Source of the DNA: an uncultured Actinomycetes bacterium
GTDB lineage: Bacteria > Actinomycetota > Actinomycetes > Jiangellales > Jiangellaceae
Assembly (NCBI GenBank): GCA_964570165.1
Contig: CAZMXH010000002.1
Location: forward strand, 1 to 33,381
DNA: 33,381 nt
Reading direction: 5' to 3'
Shown: piece after piece, positions 16,122 through 24,285 of the stretch
How positions within the stretch are numbered: position 1 is the first letter of the stretch
How the letters are laid out: each line of letters begins with the position of its first letter
Translations under genes and position numbers: made by a program
Notes under the pieces: generated by a model
The model's database searches: none
What the model saw: only the letters and a program-made list of their open reading frames with translations
What the model was told of the DNA's origin: nothing

Positions 16122-17633
16122 CTACTCCGACGATTCGTCCTCGCGTCCCCACTCGCCGTACCACCAGGCGAGTCGGCCGCGCCGGCCGATCGCCCGCAGC
16201 CGCCGCTCGGTGATGTCGCGCAGCGCACGCGGCGCGACGACGAGCACGTCGTCGCCGTGCCGTAACCGTGTTCCGGCCTCTGGCACGAAGCTGCGGTTCT
16301 CCCGGACGACCAGCGCAACCGATACGCCCTTCGGCAGCCTGAGCTCACCCACCTCGACGCCGTGCAGCTTGGACCCCTCAGGCACCCGCAACTGCACCAG
16401 GTCCGCGTCCAGCCCGTCAAGGGGGGCCGACTCGACATCCGCGTCCCTCGGCTCAGAGTCCCCGCTAACCTTGAGCATCTGAGCTACCGGGGACAATGTG
16501 GGCGCCTGCAGCGTCGTGAACACGATCGCTACGATGAACACCACGGCGAACAGCCAGGAGGCGTCGGGCTGCTGCTGAGCCAGCGGGATGGTCGCCAGGA
16601 CTACTGGAATCGCCCCCCGCAATCCCGCCCAGGACAGAAAGGCCTGTTCTCGAAGCGGGATCTTGAACGGGAGGCACGAGACAAGGACGCCGAGCGGCCT
16701 GGCGAGCAGCACCAGCCCGACGCCTGTGATGAGCGCCGGAACGATCGCCTCGGGCGCGGCGGCCGGTGAAGCCAGCATGCCGAGCATCACGAACAAGCCG
16801 ATCTGCGCGACCCAGCCCAGCCCCTCGGCGAAGGACAGGGTCGCGGCCCGGTGTGGTAGGTGTGAGTTGCCCAGCACAACCGCGGCGACGTACACGGACG
16901 CGAAGCCGCTGGCCGAGACCGCCGTCCCCGCCGCGTAGGCCATGACGGCCAGCGTCATCACCATGAGCGGGTACAGACCTGAGGCTGGGAACGTCGTCCT
17001 TCGGAGAACCTGCGCGCCGACCCACCCGACGACGAGGCCAACGATGGTCCCGCCGACCAGCTGATAGATCACGTCGAGGGCGACCATCGCGAGGCCTCGT
17101 TCGGCGAGCTCGCCGACGCTGACGATAGTCACGAGGACGACCGCGGGCGGATCGGTGAGACCCGACTCCGCCTCGAGCGTGATGACCGGTCGGCGCGACA
17201 GCGACAGCCGCCGCAGCACCGAGGACACCGCCGCCGCGTCGGTGGAGGCGAACACGGCCCCGAGCAGGACGGCCAGCCGCCAGTCCAGACCCAGCACGTA
17301 GTGGCCGATGACCCCGATGACGGCGGTGCTCACTCCCACCCCGACGGTGGCCAGCGACAGCCCTGGTCCGAGCGCAGGGCGGAGGTCGGACCACCGGGTC
17401 GTCAGCCCGCCCTCGATCAGAATGACAATGAGCCCGCCGAACGCCAGGGTCTGCGCGAGCGCCGCATCGTCGAACTCGATGCCGACGACGCCCTCTCCCA
17501 GCAGGACGCCGATCAGCAGGTAGAGCACCAGGCTCGGCAGTCCGAGGCGCAGGCTCGCGTGCACCGCCACCACTGCCCCGACCACGACGAGGGCGCCGAT
17601 AAGCAGGAAAGAGTTGAGCGAGGCGACGTCCAA
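16122..17633 (-). CDS. K+/H+ antiporter, CPA1 (NhaP2-like) with TrkA-C/RCK_C domain (paralogue)
   Basis: Collinear with 13335..14834 over its full length (roughly two thirds identical by eye). TTG-GAC-GTC start 6 nt after AAGGGA. Confidence 0.9.
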   Translation of the reverse strand: MDVASLNSFLLIGALVVVGAVVAVHASLRLGLPSLVLYLLIGVLLGEGVVGIEFDDAALAQTLAFGGLIVILIEGGLTTRWSDLRPALGPGLSLATVGVGVSTAVIGVIGHYVLGLDWRLAVLLGAVFASTDAAAVSSVLRRLSLSRRPVITLEAESGLTDPPAVVLVTIVSVGELAERGLAMVALDVIYQLVGGTIVGLVVGWVGAQVLRRTTFPASGLYPLMVMTLAVMAYAAGTAVSASGFASVYVAAVVLGNSHLPHRAATLSFAEGLGWVAQIGLFVMLGMLASPAAAPEAIVPALITGVGLVLLARPLGVLVSCLPFKIPLREQAFLSWAGLRGAIPVVLATIPLAQQQPDASWLFAVVFIVAIVFTTLQAPTLSPVAQMLKVSGDSEPRDADVESAPLDGLDADLVQLRVPEGSKLHGVEVGELRLPKGVSVALVVRENRSFVPEAGTRLRHGDDVLVVAPRALRDITERRLRAIGRRGRLAWWYGEWGREDESSE

Positions 17634-17785
17634 CCTGCATCCCTTCCCACAACGCCCTTGTCGTGCGGCCCGCGAAGGCTCCGGATGCGAGCCGCCGGAA
17701 GGCTATGGAGCGGCCGCGGCCGTGCTACAACAGCTCCTACTACCGGGAAGGCCATTGTCCCGTAACCACAGCTAGATCATCGGCA

Positions 17786-17814
17786 GTGGGTTTCGCCGCT
17801 GCGGAGAAACCCAC
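17786..17814 (-). terminator. hairpin downstream of the start-less ORF
   Basis: GTGGGTTTC (17786-17794) / GAAACCCAC (17806-17814), 11-nt loop, 56 nt beyond the TGA at 17870-17872. Confidence 0.35.
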
Positions 17815-17869
17815 GCGCACGCCGACGACCGCGGCCGCCATACCCCGGGGCCGCGAGTGGACAGTGGGA

Positions 17870-18208
17870 TCAGCGAGGCGAGCGCGAGTCGTGCGAACCG
17901 TTAGTAAGCGGATACCTGCGGAAGCTGTCGCCCAGAGAGTGGTACGCCTGGGCGAACCTTTCGGTGCCGATCACAGCTGTGATCTCCGGCGTCGGCGTCC
18001 AGGAGCCGTCGGTTGGCCAGTAGTCTCCGCCGATCGCCCACGATCCGTCGGCAACTCGCTCCGCCGACCTCGTGCGGTCGCGGCGGAGATCGTCAAGGAC
18101 CGCCGCCCGCTTGGCTACCGAGCAGCACCCGCTGCATGTGGAAGAGCAGACCTTGGTGGTCGCGGCCGCCCGACATTCATTCCCCCAACTAGCGGAATGC
18201 GATGATCG
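17870..18208 (-). pseudogene. coding-like reading frame with no usable start codon (possible frameshifted or N-terminally damaged gene)
   Basis: 112-codon stop-to-stop frame with third-position GC about 80% (...CSSTCSGCCSVAKRAAVLDDLRRDRTRSAERVADGSWAIGGDYWPTDGSWTPTPEITAVIGTERFAQAYHSLGDSFRRYPL...). Its only ATG/GTG/TTG is 34 codons from the end. A GGGGGA SD plus ATG at 18176 sits in a different frame that stops after 27 codons. Confidence 0.3.
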
Positions 18209-18217
18209 TCATTCCGC
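18192..18217 (-). terminator. hairpin downstream of lspA
   Basis: GCGGAATG (18192-18199) / CATTCCGC (18210-18217), 10-nt loop, about 75 nt after the lspA stop. Confidence 0.3.
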
Positions 18218-18290
18218 ATTGATCACTTGTCAAGGGCGTCTGGGTGATCTGGTGTCACTCGATCTTCCGACGCCGCATGGCACAGCGGCG

Positions 18291-18836
18291 TCAGTCTTCT
18301 CGGCTCCGCTCACCACGGGCATCCGTGCCGTCGACCCGGATGCCGCTAGCTGTCAGCACACCGATGAGGATCACCGCCGCGACGATCGCGATGTCGGCCA
18401 CGTTTCCCACGAACCACCCGCCGTAGTCGATGAAGTCGACCACCCGGCCGCGGGGAAACCCGGGCGGCCGGAAGAACCGGTCGACCAGGTTGCCCACTCC
18501 GCCACCGAGGAGGAGTCCCAGCGCCACCGCCCACCCCCGCGAGCCGGTCCTCGCCGAGACACGGATGGTGACCACGACGACCACCACCACGAGGAGGGTG
18601 AGCAGCCAGGTCAGACCCGACGCGAAAGAGAACGCGGCGCCTGCATTGCGGACCAGCCGAAACTGGATCAGGTCCCCGACCACAGCCACCGGTTCACGGC
18701 CGGAGAGGGTGGAGATCGCCCAGTACTTCGTGACCTGATCGACGGCGGCGACCGCCAGGCCAAGCACGGCGACCGCGGCAAGCAACCGCCAGTTGCGCTG
18801 CGTCAAGCCGCCCACAGGCTTTCGCAGCGACACCAC
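18291..18836 (-). CDS. lspA: signal peptidase II (lipoprotein signal peptidase)
   Basis: DQVTKYW, RNAGAAFSF, GGGVGNLVDR, VVDFID, GNVADIAIV; four TM segments. Confidence 0.9.
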   Translation of the reverse strand: MVSLRKPVGGLTQRNWRLLAAVAVLGLAVAAVDQVTKYWAISTLSGREPVAVVGDLIQFRLVRNAGAAFSFASGLTWLLTLLVVVVVVVTIRVSARTGSRGWAVALGLLLGGGVGNLVDRFFRPPGFPRGRVVDFIDYGGWFVGNVADIAIVAAVILIGVLTASGIRVDGTDARGERSRED

Positions 18837-18962
18837 ACCGGCCAGCGTAGTGTGGCCGGATCGGAACAGTCACAATGTCCGGATTGAACCCGCCGTACCC
18901 TTCCGCAGTCTCCGCCGCACTGGTCGGGGCTTTACCAGACGGCCGCGCAGCCTGGATGCTTC

Positions 18963-19014
18963 ATTACTAGGCGGCTCCCGACGTTTCTATTACTAGGCGG
19001 CTCCCGACGTTTCT
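18963..19014. repeat. perfect tandem duplication, 2 x 26 nt (ATTACTAGGCGGCTCCCGACGTTTCT)
   Basis: Units at 18963-18988 and 18989-19014 are identical. The repeat ends 1 nt before the GGAGG Shine-Dalgarno of the ltrA-like gene. Confidence 0.9.
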
Positions 19015-19027
19015 CGGAGGAGTGCAC

Positions 19028-20188
19028 GTGAACCGACCGCCCCGGCTACGCGCGACGCCGCGTCAACGGACGAAGGTCGGCTCCCTCGAGTTGTTCTTCG
19101 ACCTGGTCTTCGCGCTCGGCTTCACGCAGTGCACCACGCTCATGCTCACGGAGCTGACCTGGCAAGGGGTGGCGCACGGGCTCCTGGTGCTCGCGGTGCT
19201 GTGGTGGGCATGGGGCGGCTACGCATGGCTGACCAGCGTCGTGGACCCCGAAGAGGGACCGGTGCGGCTCGTCATGTTCGCGACCATGGCCGCGATGCTG
19301 GTGGTCGCGCTGTCGGTGCCGGAGGCATTCGGCGGGCGCGCCCTGACCTTTGCCATCGCGTACGGCGTCGTGCGAGCCGCCCACATCGCCCTGTTCGTGC
19401 TCGCCAGCAGGGACAACCCAGCACTCCGGCAGTCCGTGTGGAGCATCGCGGTCAGCTCCGCCGTGGCCGTCGGACTGCTGGCCGGAGCGGCCCTTCTCAG
19501 CGGTGTCGCGCAGGCGCTGCTCTGGGCGCTCACCATACTGATCGACTTCGGCGGCCCTGGGCTGTTCGGCGTCGCCGGCTGGAAGCTCGTCCCCGAGCAC
19601 TTCGCCGACCGGCACGGCCGGATCATCATCCTGGCCCTCGGCGTTTCGATCGTCGCGCTCAGCGTCGGCGCGGAGGGCGACGTCACGGCCGGTGTGATCG
19701 CTGCGGGGGCGCTGGGTGTCGGACTCGCGTCCGCGCTGTGGTGGTTGCACTTCGACGTGATCGCACCGTCCGCCGAGCAGACGCTGCTGCGCACACCGGA
19801 GGGACGCGAGCGTAACGCCCTGGCCCGCGACTCGTACTCCTACCTGCACTTTGCGATGGTCGCGGGTGTCGTCCTGATCGCCGTCGGTCTCGGGACCGGG
19901 CTGTCCGACGTCGGGGAGCCGCTGCCCACGACGCCCGCGTTCGCGCTGCTGGGCGGTGCCGCCATCTACCTGCTGGCGCACGTCGCGCTGCAGTTGCGTA
20001 CCTCCCGCTCGGCGAGCCTTCCCCGGCTCGTCCTCGCTGCCAGCCTGCTGGTGCTCACCCCGGTGGCCACCGCACTGCCGACGCTCGTGACCCTTGCCGG
20101 CGTCTCAGCCGCGCTGTGGGCCGTGATCGGGTACGAGACGGTGAGCTACCGCGAGACGCGTGCCCGGGCGCGCGGCAACGCGCCGTGA
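19028..20188 (+). CDS. low-temperature-requirement A (LtrA) family membrane protein
   Basis: SLELFFDLVFALGFTQ signature and about 10 TM helices. GTG 19028 is 7 nt after GGAGG; the listed GTG 19022 is only 1 nt after it. Confidence 0.8.
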   Translation: MNRPPRLRATPRQRTKVGSLELFFDLVFALGFTQCTTLMLTELTWQGVAHGLLVLAVLWWAWGGYAWLTSVVDPEEGPVRLVMFATMAAMLVVALSVPEAFGGRALTFAIAYGVVRAAHIALFVLASRDNPALRQSVWSIAVSSAVAVGLLAGAALLSGVAQALLWALTILIDFGGPGLFGVAGWKLVPEHFADRHGRIIILALGVSIVALSVGAEGDVTAGVIAAGALGVGLASALWWLHFDVIAPSAEQTLLRTPEGRERNALARDSYSYLHFAMVAGVVLIAVGLGTGLSDVGEPLPTTPAFALLGGAAIYLLAHVALQLRTSRSASLPRLVLAASLLVLTPVATALPTLVTLAGVSAALWAVIGYETVSYRETRARARGNAP

Positions 20189-20237
20189 CGAGCTTCGCTG
20201 GCCACGGCCAACGGCACCATCCCGCTACGGTGGACCG

Positions 20238-20975
20238 GTGAAGATTCCCGGGTCGTTCCGGGCCCGAAGGGTCGGCAATCCGTCCAGGATCCGGATCAGG
20301 CGGTACAACGCGAAGTTCGCCCGGCTGACGGAACCCGAAATGCTGGTGCTGGATGCCGGCGCGGGCAGGGCGCCGTATCGCGACCTCTTCTCCCATGCCC
20401 GATACGAGACCGCGGACATCGCATTGCTCGACCGTCGTTACGCCGACCTCACGTACGTCTGCGACCTCACCGACGTGCCGGTCGAGGACGGCCGGTTCGA
20501 CCGCGTCATCTGCAATCAGGTGCTGGAACACGTCCCGGACCCACGTGCCGTACTCCGTGAGGTCGCCCGCGTGACCAAGGACGGCGGCCGGGTCCTGTGC
20601 ACCTGCCCGTTCTTCTTCCAGCCCCACCAGAAGCCTTACGACTACTACCGCTACACCAGCTACGCGCTGCGTGAGCTCTTCGCCGACTCCGGATTCGCCG
20701 TCGACCGAATCGACTGGGTGGAGGGCTACTTCGCGACCGTCGGCCTGCAGTTCACGCACATGAGCCGGTTCCTCCCCAAGCGGGTGGCACGAGCCGGACG
20801 CGGCTGGAAATGGTGGCTGGCCGCACCGGCCGTCGGGACGGTACGCGCCGCCGCGCCGCTACTCGCGAGCTTCTTCTACCGGCTGGACCTCGCCTGGAAG
20901 TACACCGATCGGGGCTACCCCAAGAACTACGTGGTCTGGGCCACACGGCAACCGCGAGGCGCCGCGCACGCCTAG
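20238..20975 (+). CDS. class I SAM-dependent methyltransferase
   Basis: LVLDAGAG motif I, DRVICNQVLEHVPDP, GGRVLCTCP; hydrophobic C-terminal segment. GTG 20238 chosen inside ORF 20160..20975. Confidence 0.75.
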   Translation: MKIPGSFRARRVGNPSRIRIRRYNAKFARLTEPEMLVLDAGAGRAPYRDLFSHARYETADIALLDRRYADLTYVCDLTDVPVEDGRFDRVICNQVLEHVPDPRAVLREVARVTKDGGRVLCTCPFFFQPHQKPYDYYRYTSYALRELFADSGFAVDRIDWVEGYFATVGLQFTHMSRFLPKRVARAGRGWKWWLAAPAVGTVRAAAPLLASFFYRLDLAWKYTDRGYPKNYVVWATRQPRGAAHA

Positions 20976-21013
20976 CATGGGAGCCAGGCACTGGCACTGG
21001 GGGTGAGGCACCG

Positions 21014-22543
21014 ATCTCCGGCATCGTCGCGGCGTACGGCGCGTTCGACCCGCTCGAAGGGCTACGCATGCTTGACCGGCTGTCGCATCGCGGTCCGGAC
21101 GGGCAAGGGTGGAAGGAATTCGAACACGCCTGGCTAGGCCATCGGCGGCTGGCGATCGTCGACCTTGAAGGCGGTGCCCAGCCGCTGCGCGACCCGAAGG
21201 GGTTGTACTGGCTCGTCGGCGACGGCGAGGTGTACAACTACCGGCGGCTGCGCCGTGAGCTCGAAGCGCGTGGCTACGTCTTCCGCACGCGCGCCGACCA
21301 GGAGAGCGCGCTCCACCTGCTCGAAGCGGACGGCCTGCAGGCGCTGAGCCGGCTCTGGGGGACATTCGCGTTCGCCGGCGCAACGACCGACGGACGCTTC
21401 TTCGCCGCGCGCGACACCATCGGCATCGCGCCGCTCTACTGGAGCCGCCATGACGAGACGGTCATCTTCGGCAGCGAGCTCAAGGCGTTCGACCCCGACC
21501 GCCGCGCGTCGGTCGAGCCCTTCCCCCCGGGTCATGTGTGGACACCGGACGAGGGGCTCCGGGAGTTCCGCAGCCTGCCCGAGGTCAAACCCGTCGAACC
21601 ACCCGCCAGCAGCGATCCCAACGCCGAGCCGTCGGAGGAGGTCTTGGCGATGATCCGGGACCGGCTGATCGCGGCGGTCGAACGGCTCATGGCCGCCGAC
21701 GTGCCGGTCGGCATCCTGCTGTCCGGCGGGCTCGATTCCAGCATCGTCGCGGCGATCGCGGCCCGGCTCGCGCACCGCCAGGGCTGGCAGCTGCCGACGT
21801 TCGCGGTCGGGCTGGCCGGCAGCGACGACATCCGCGCGGCGCGCAAGGTGGCCGCCAAGCTCGGCACCGACCACCACGAGCGCATCTACACCGACGACGA
21901 GCTCATTGACTGGGTACCCGAGGTAATCCGTGTGATCGAGTCGTTCGACCCGCAGCTGGTGCACAGCTCGGTGCCGAACCTGCTCGTGTCCAAGCTCGCG
22001 GCGCGCTCGGTCAAGGTCGTTCTCATCGGCGAGGGTGCGGACGAGTTGTTCGCCGGCTACGGCTACTACAGCCGGATCAACAACGTGGAGGAACTGCACG
22101 AGGAGCTGCTCGCGACCATCCGCGGCCTGCACATCGGCGGTCTCCAGCGGGTCGACCGGGTCGCCGGCGCGACCGGGCTGGAGGCGCGGACACCCTTCCT
22201 CGATCTCGACGTCGTCGAGCTCGGGCTCAGCCTGCCAGCGCAGTGGAAGCTGTCCAGCGGCCAGCGGATGGAGAAGTGGCTGCTGCGCAAGGCGTTCCAC
22301 GGGTGGCTGCCCGAGCAGGTGCTATGGCGGCCGAAGGCTCAGTTCGGCCGCGGCACCGGCGCACGGGATGTGCTCGGCGAGTACTACGGGTCCATCGTCT
22401 CGGAGGAGGAGTTCAAGTCCGAGCGGGACGTAATCGACCCGCCGCTGCGGTCCCGCGAGGAGCTGGCCTATTACCGGTTGTTCCAGCGGCAGCTGGAGGG
22501 AATCGACCCGCAGCGCCTCGTAGGCCGGTTCGTCGGGTGGTGA
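21014..22543 (+). CDS. asnB: asparagine synthase (glutamine-hydrolysing) family protein lacking the Met-Cys N-terminus
   Basis: HRGPDG, HRRLAIVDL, DGEVYNY, PP-loop ILLSGGLDSS, GEGADELFAGY. Homology begins at ISGIVAAYG (ATC-TCC at 21014-21019), 5 nt after GGGGGTGAGG. There is no canonical in-frame start downstream of 20975. Confidence 0.7.
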   Translation: MSGIVAAYGAFDPLEGLRMLDRLSHRGPDGQGWKEFEHAWLGHRRLAIVDLEGGAQPLRDPKGLYWLVGDGEVYNYRRLRRELEARGYVFRTRADQESALHLLEADGLQALSRLWGTFAFAGATTDGRFFAARDTIGIAPLYWSRHDETVIFGSELKAFDPDRRASVEPFPPGHVWTPDEGLREFRSLPEVKPVEPPASSDPNAEPSEEVLAMIRDRLIAAVERLMAADVPVGILLSGGLDSSIVAAIAARLAHRQGWQLPTFAVGLAGSDDIRAARKVAAKLGTDHHERIYTDDELIDWVPEVIRVIESFDPQLVHSSVPNLLVSKLAARSVKVVLIGEGADELFAGYGYYSRINNVEELHEELLATIRGLHIGGLQRVDRVAGATGLEARTPFLDLDVVELGLSLPAQWKLSSGQRMEKWLLRKAFHGWLPEQVLWRPKAQFGRGTGARDVLGEYYGSIVSEEEFKSERDVIDPPLRSREELAYYRLFQRQLEGIDPQRLVGRFVGW

Positions 22544-22572
22544 CGACGGCCCCAACGCAGATTGGAGTTCAG

Positions 22573-24285
22573 GTGACCCACCTCCGCATCGCCGTGGCCC
22601 AGCTGCCGAACCGGGTCGGCGACCTGCACGGCAACACCGAACGGATCGCCTCCGCCATGGACTGGGCCGAGCACGAGGCCGAGGCCGACGTGCTGGTGCT
22701 CCCAGAGCTGGTCCTCACCGGGTACGGGCTCGGTGACCTGGTGCTGTTCCGGGAATTCGTCGATGACGCCGCCCGGGCGCTCGCCGAGCTTGCCCTGCAC
22801 TCAGGGCGTACGACCACGGTGGTGAGCACCATCGACCGGGTGCAGCCGCAACGGTCGTGGGACAGCCGTCCGCGCGACGTGGCCATCTGCGCCGCCCTGC
22901 TGTCCGGCGGCGAGATCCGCGGCAAGTACCACAAGGTCCTGCTGCCGTTCTACGACGTGTTCGACGAGGCGCGGCACTTCGTACCAGGCAACCAGCCGGA
23001 CAAGCTGTGGCGCATCGGAGACGTCGTCGCAGGCGTGTCCATCTGCGAGGACGCGTGGTCGGCCGACGGCCCGCCGGAGGCGCAGTCCGCCGCAGGCGCG
23101 CAGATCCTGCTGGTGCCGAACGCGTCGCCGTTCCACCGGGGGAAGGCGTCCGGACGTCTCGCGACCACTCAGGCTGTGGCCCGTCGAAACGGCGTGCCGG
23201 TGGTGTACGTCAACCTGTGCGGAGGCCAGGACGAGCTGGCGTTCGACGGCGGCTCGATCGTGGTCGATGCGGACGGCACCCTGCTGCACCGCGGGCTGGA
23301 GTTCGCCGAGGACCGGTTCTGGCTGGACGTCGAGGTCGCGCCGCCGCGGTCGCTACGCAACCCGGCGACCAACGTGCACACCCGGCCGACCCCGGATCGG
23401 GCCCCTGTCGTCCCCGCGGCGCCCAAGGAGCCGATGGGCGACATCGAGGCGGTGTGGCACGCCATCGTGACGGCGCTCCGCGACTACGTGTTCGGCAACG
23501 GCTTCGAGGGAATCGCTCTTGGGCTATCGGGAGGCATCGACTCCGCTGTGACCGCGGCACTCGCGGCCGACGCGGTGGGGACGGACCGGGTGCTCGCCCT
23601 GGCGATGCCGTCCCCGGACACGGCGGACACCGAGACGGCCGACGCGCGGGAGCTCGCGGAGAACCTGGGCATCTTCTTCGAGGTCGTGCCGATAAGCATG
23701 CCGAGCGAGCCGTCGGACGTACCGGGGCCCGCGCGTGCGCGGCGTGTGCCCGACTCGCCGCACGAGCGCGAGCGCCGGTATGCCAGGATGCGCGCCGCCG
23801 TGCTCGGCGACATCTTCAACGAGCGCGGGTACCTCGTGCTGGCGACCGGCAACAAGAGCGTGATCTCCATCGGCGAGGCCTCCCTGCTCGGAGACCTCAC
23901 GGGAGGGTTCGCGCCGCTCAAGGACTGCTCGAAGACGCTCGTGTACCAACTCGCCGAGCACCGGCAGCAGCGAAGCCCGGTGTTCCCGCCGCGGACGCTG
24001 CGCCGTGAGTCGACGATCCAGCGCATCGGTTCGGACGCCCTGCCCGGCTACGACGTGCTCGACGACATCGTGCAGCGCAACATCGAGTACGGCGAGGGGC
24101 TGACCGACATCGTCGCCGCTGGGCACGAGCCCGGCGTGGTCGAGTACGTGCTACACCGCATCGCCGGCGCCGAGCGGATCCGCCGGTACGCCCCGCCGGG
24201 GGTGAAGGTGACCTCTCGCGCCTTCGGTCAGGACATCCGCATGCCCATCAGCAACGCCTGGCGCACCCATCCGACTCGCAAATAG
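22573..24285 (+). CDS. nadE: NAD+ synthase (glutamine-hydrolysing) family: CN-hydrolase domain + PP-loop synthetase domain, divergent
   Basis: GTG 22573 is 5 nt after GGAG. CN-hydrolase E-K-C context: LVLPELVLTGY, KYHKVLLP, VSICEDAW. LGLSGGIDSAV PP-loop. C-terminal GQDIRMPISNAW. Confidence 0.8.
   Translation: MTHLRIAVAQLPNRVGDLHGNTERIASAMDWAEHEAEADVLVLPELVLTGYGLGDLVLFREFVDDAARALAELALHSGRTTTVVSTIDRVQPQRSWDSRPRDVAICAALLSGGEIRGKYHKVLLPFYDVFDEARHFVPGNQPDKLWRIGDVVAGVSICEDAWSADGPPEAQSAAGAQILLVPNASPFHRGKASGRLATTQAVARRNGVPVVYVNLCGGQDELAFDGGSIVVDADGTLLHRGLEFAEDRFWLDVEVAPPRSLRNPATNVHTRPTPDRAPVVPAAPKEPMGDIEAVWHAIVTALRDYVFGNGFEGIALGLSGGIDSAVTAALAADAVGTDRVLALAMPSPDTADTETADARELAENLGIFFEVVPISMPSEPSDVPGPARARRVPDSPHERERRYARMRAAVLGDIFNERGYLVLATGNKSVISIGEASLLGDLTGGFAPLKDCSKTLVYQLAEHRQQRSPVFPPRTLRRESTIQRIGSDALPGYDVLDDIVQRNIEYGEGLTDIVAAGHEPGVVEYVLHRIAGAERIRRYAPPGVKVTSRAFGQDIRMPISNAWRTHPTRK

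Noticed and set aside
18793-18996. 67-aa plus-strand ORF running into the 26-nt repeat
   Set aside because: It starts inside lspA on the opposite strand, is Arg/Ser-rich, has no SD, and terminates at the TAG inside the first repeat unit. No coding signal.
18963-19014. Possible CRISPR or minisatellite array (also considered for 6755..6792)
   Set aside because: Only two units, directly abutting with no spacers, and no cas genes in the window. Treated as simple tandem duplications.
21134-22300. 388-aa minus-strand ORF opposite the AsnB-like gene
   Set aside because: Antisense shadow of a gene with clear PP-loop and glutaminase motifs. Low-complexity Arg/Ala/Pro-rich sequence.
21014-22543. AsnB-like gene as a lasso-peptide cyclase or beta-lactam-synthetase-type enzyme
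   Set aside because: The glutaminase-domain motifs and overall spacing follow true AsnB closely. No precursor peptide, transglutaminase-like protease or RRE gene is nearby, and the adjacent genes are a methyltransferase and a NadE-like enzyme.
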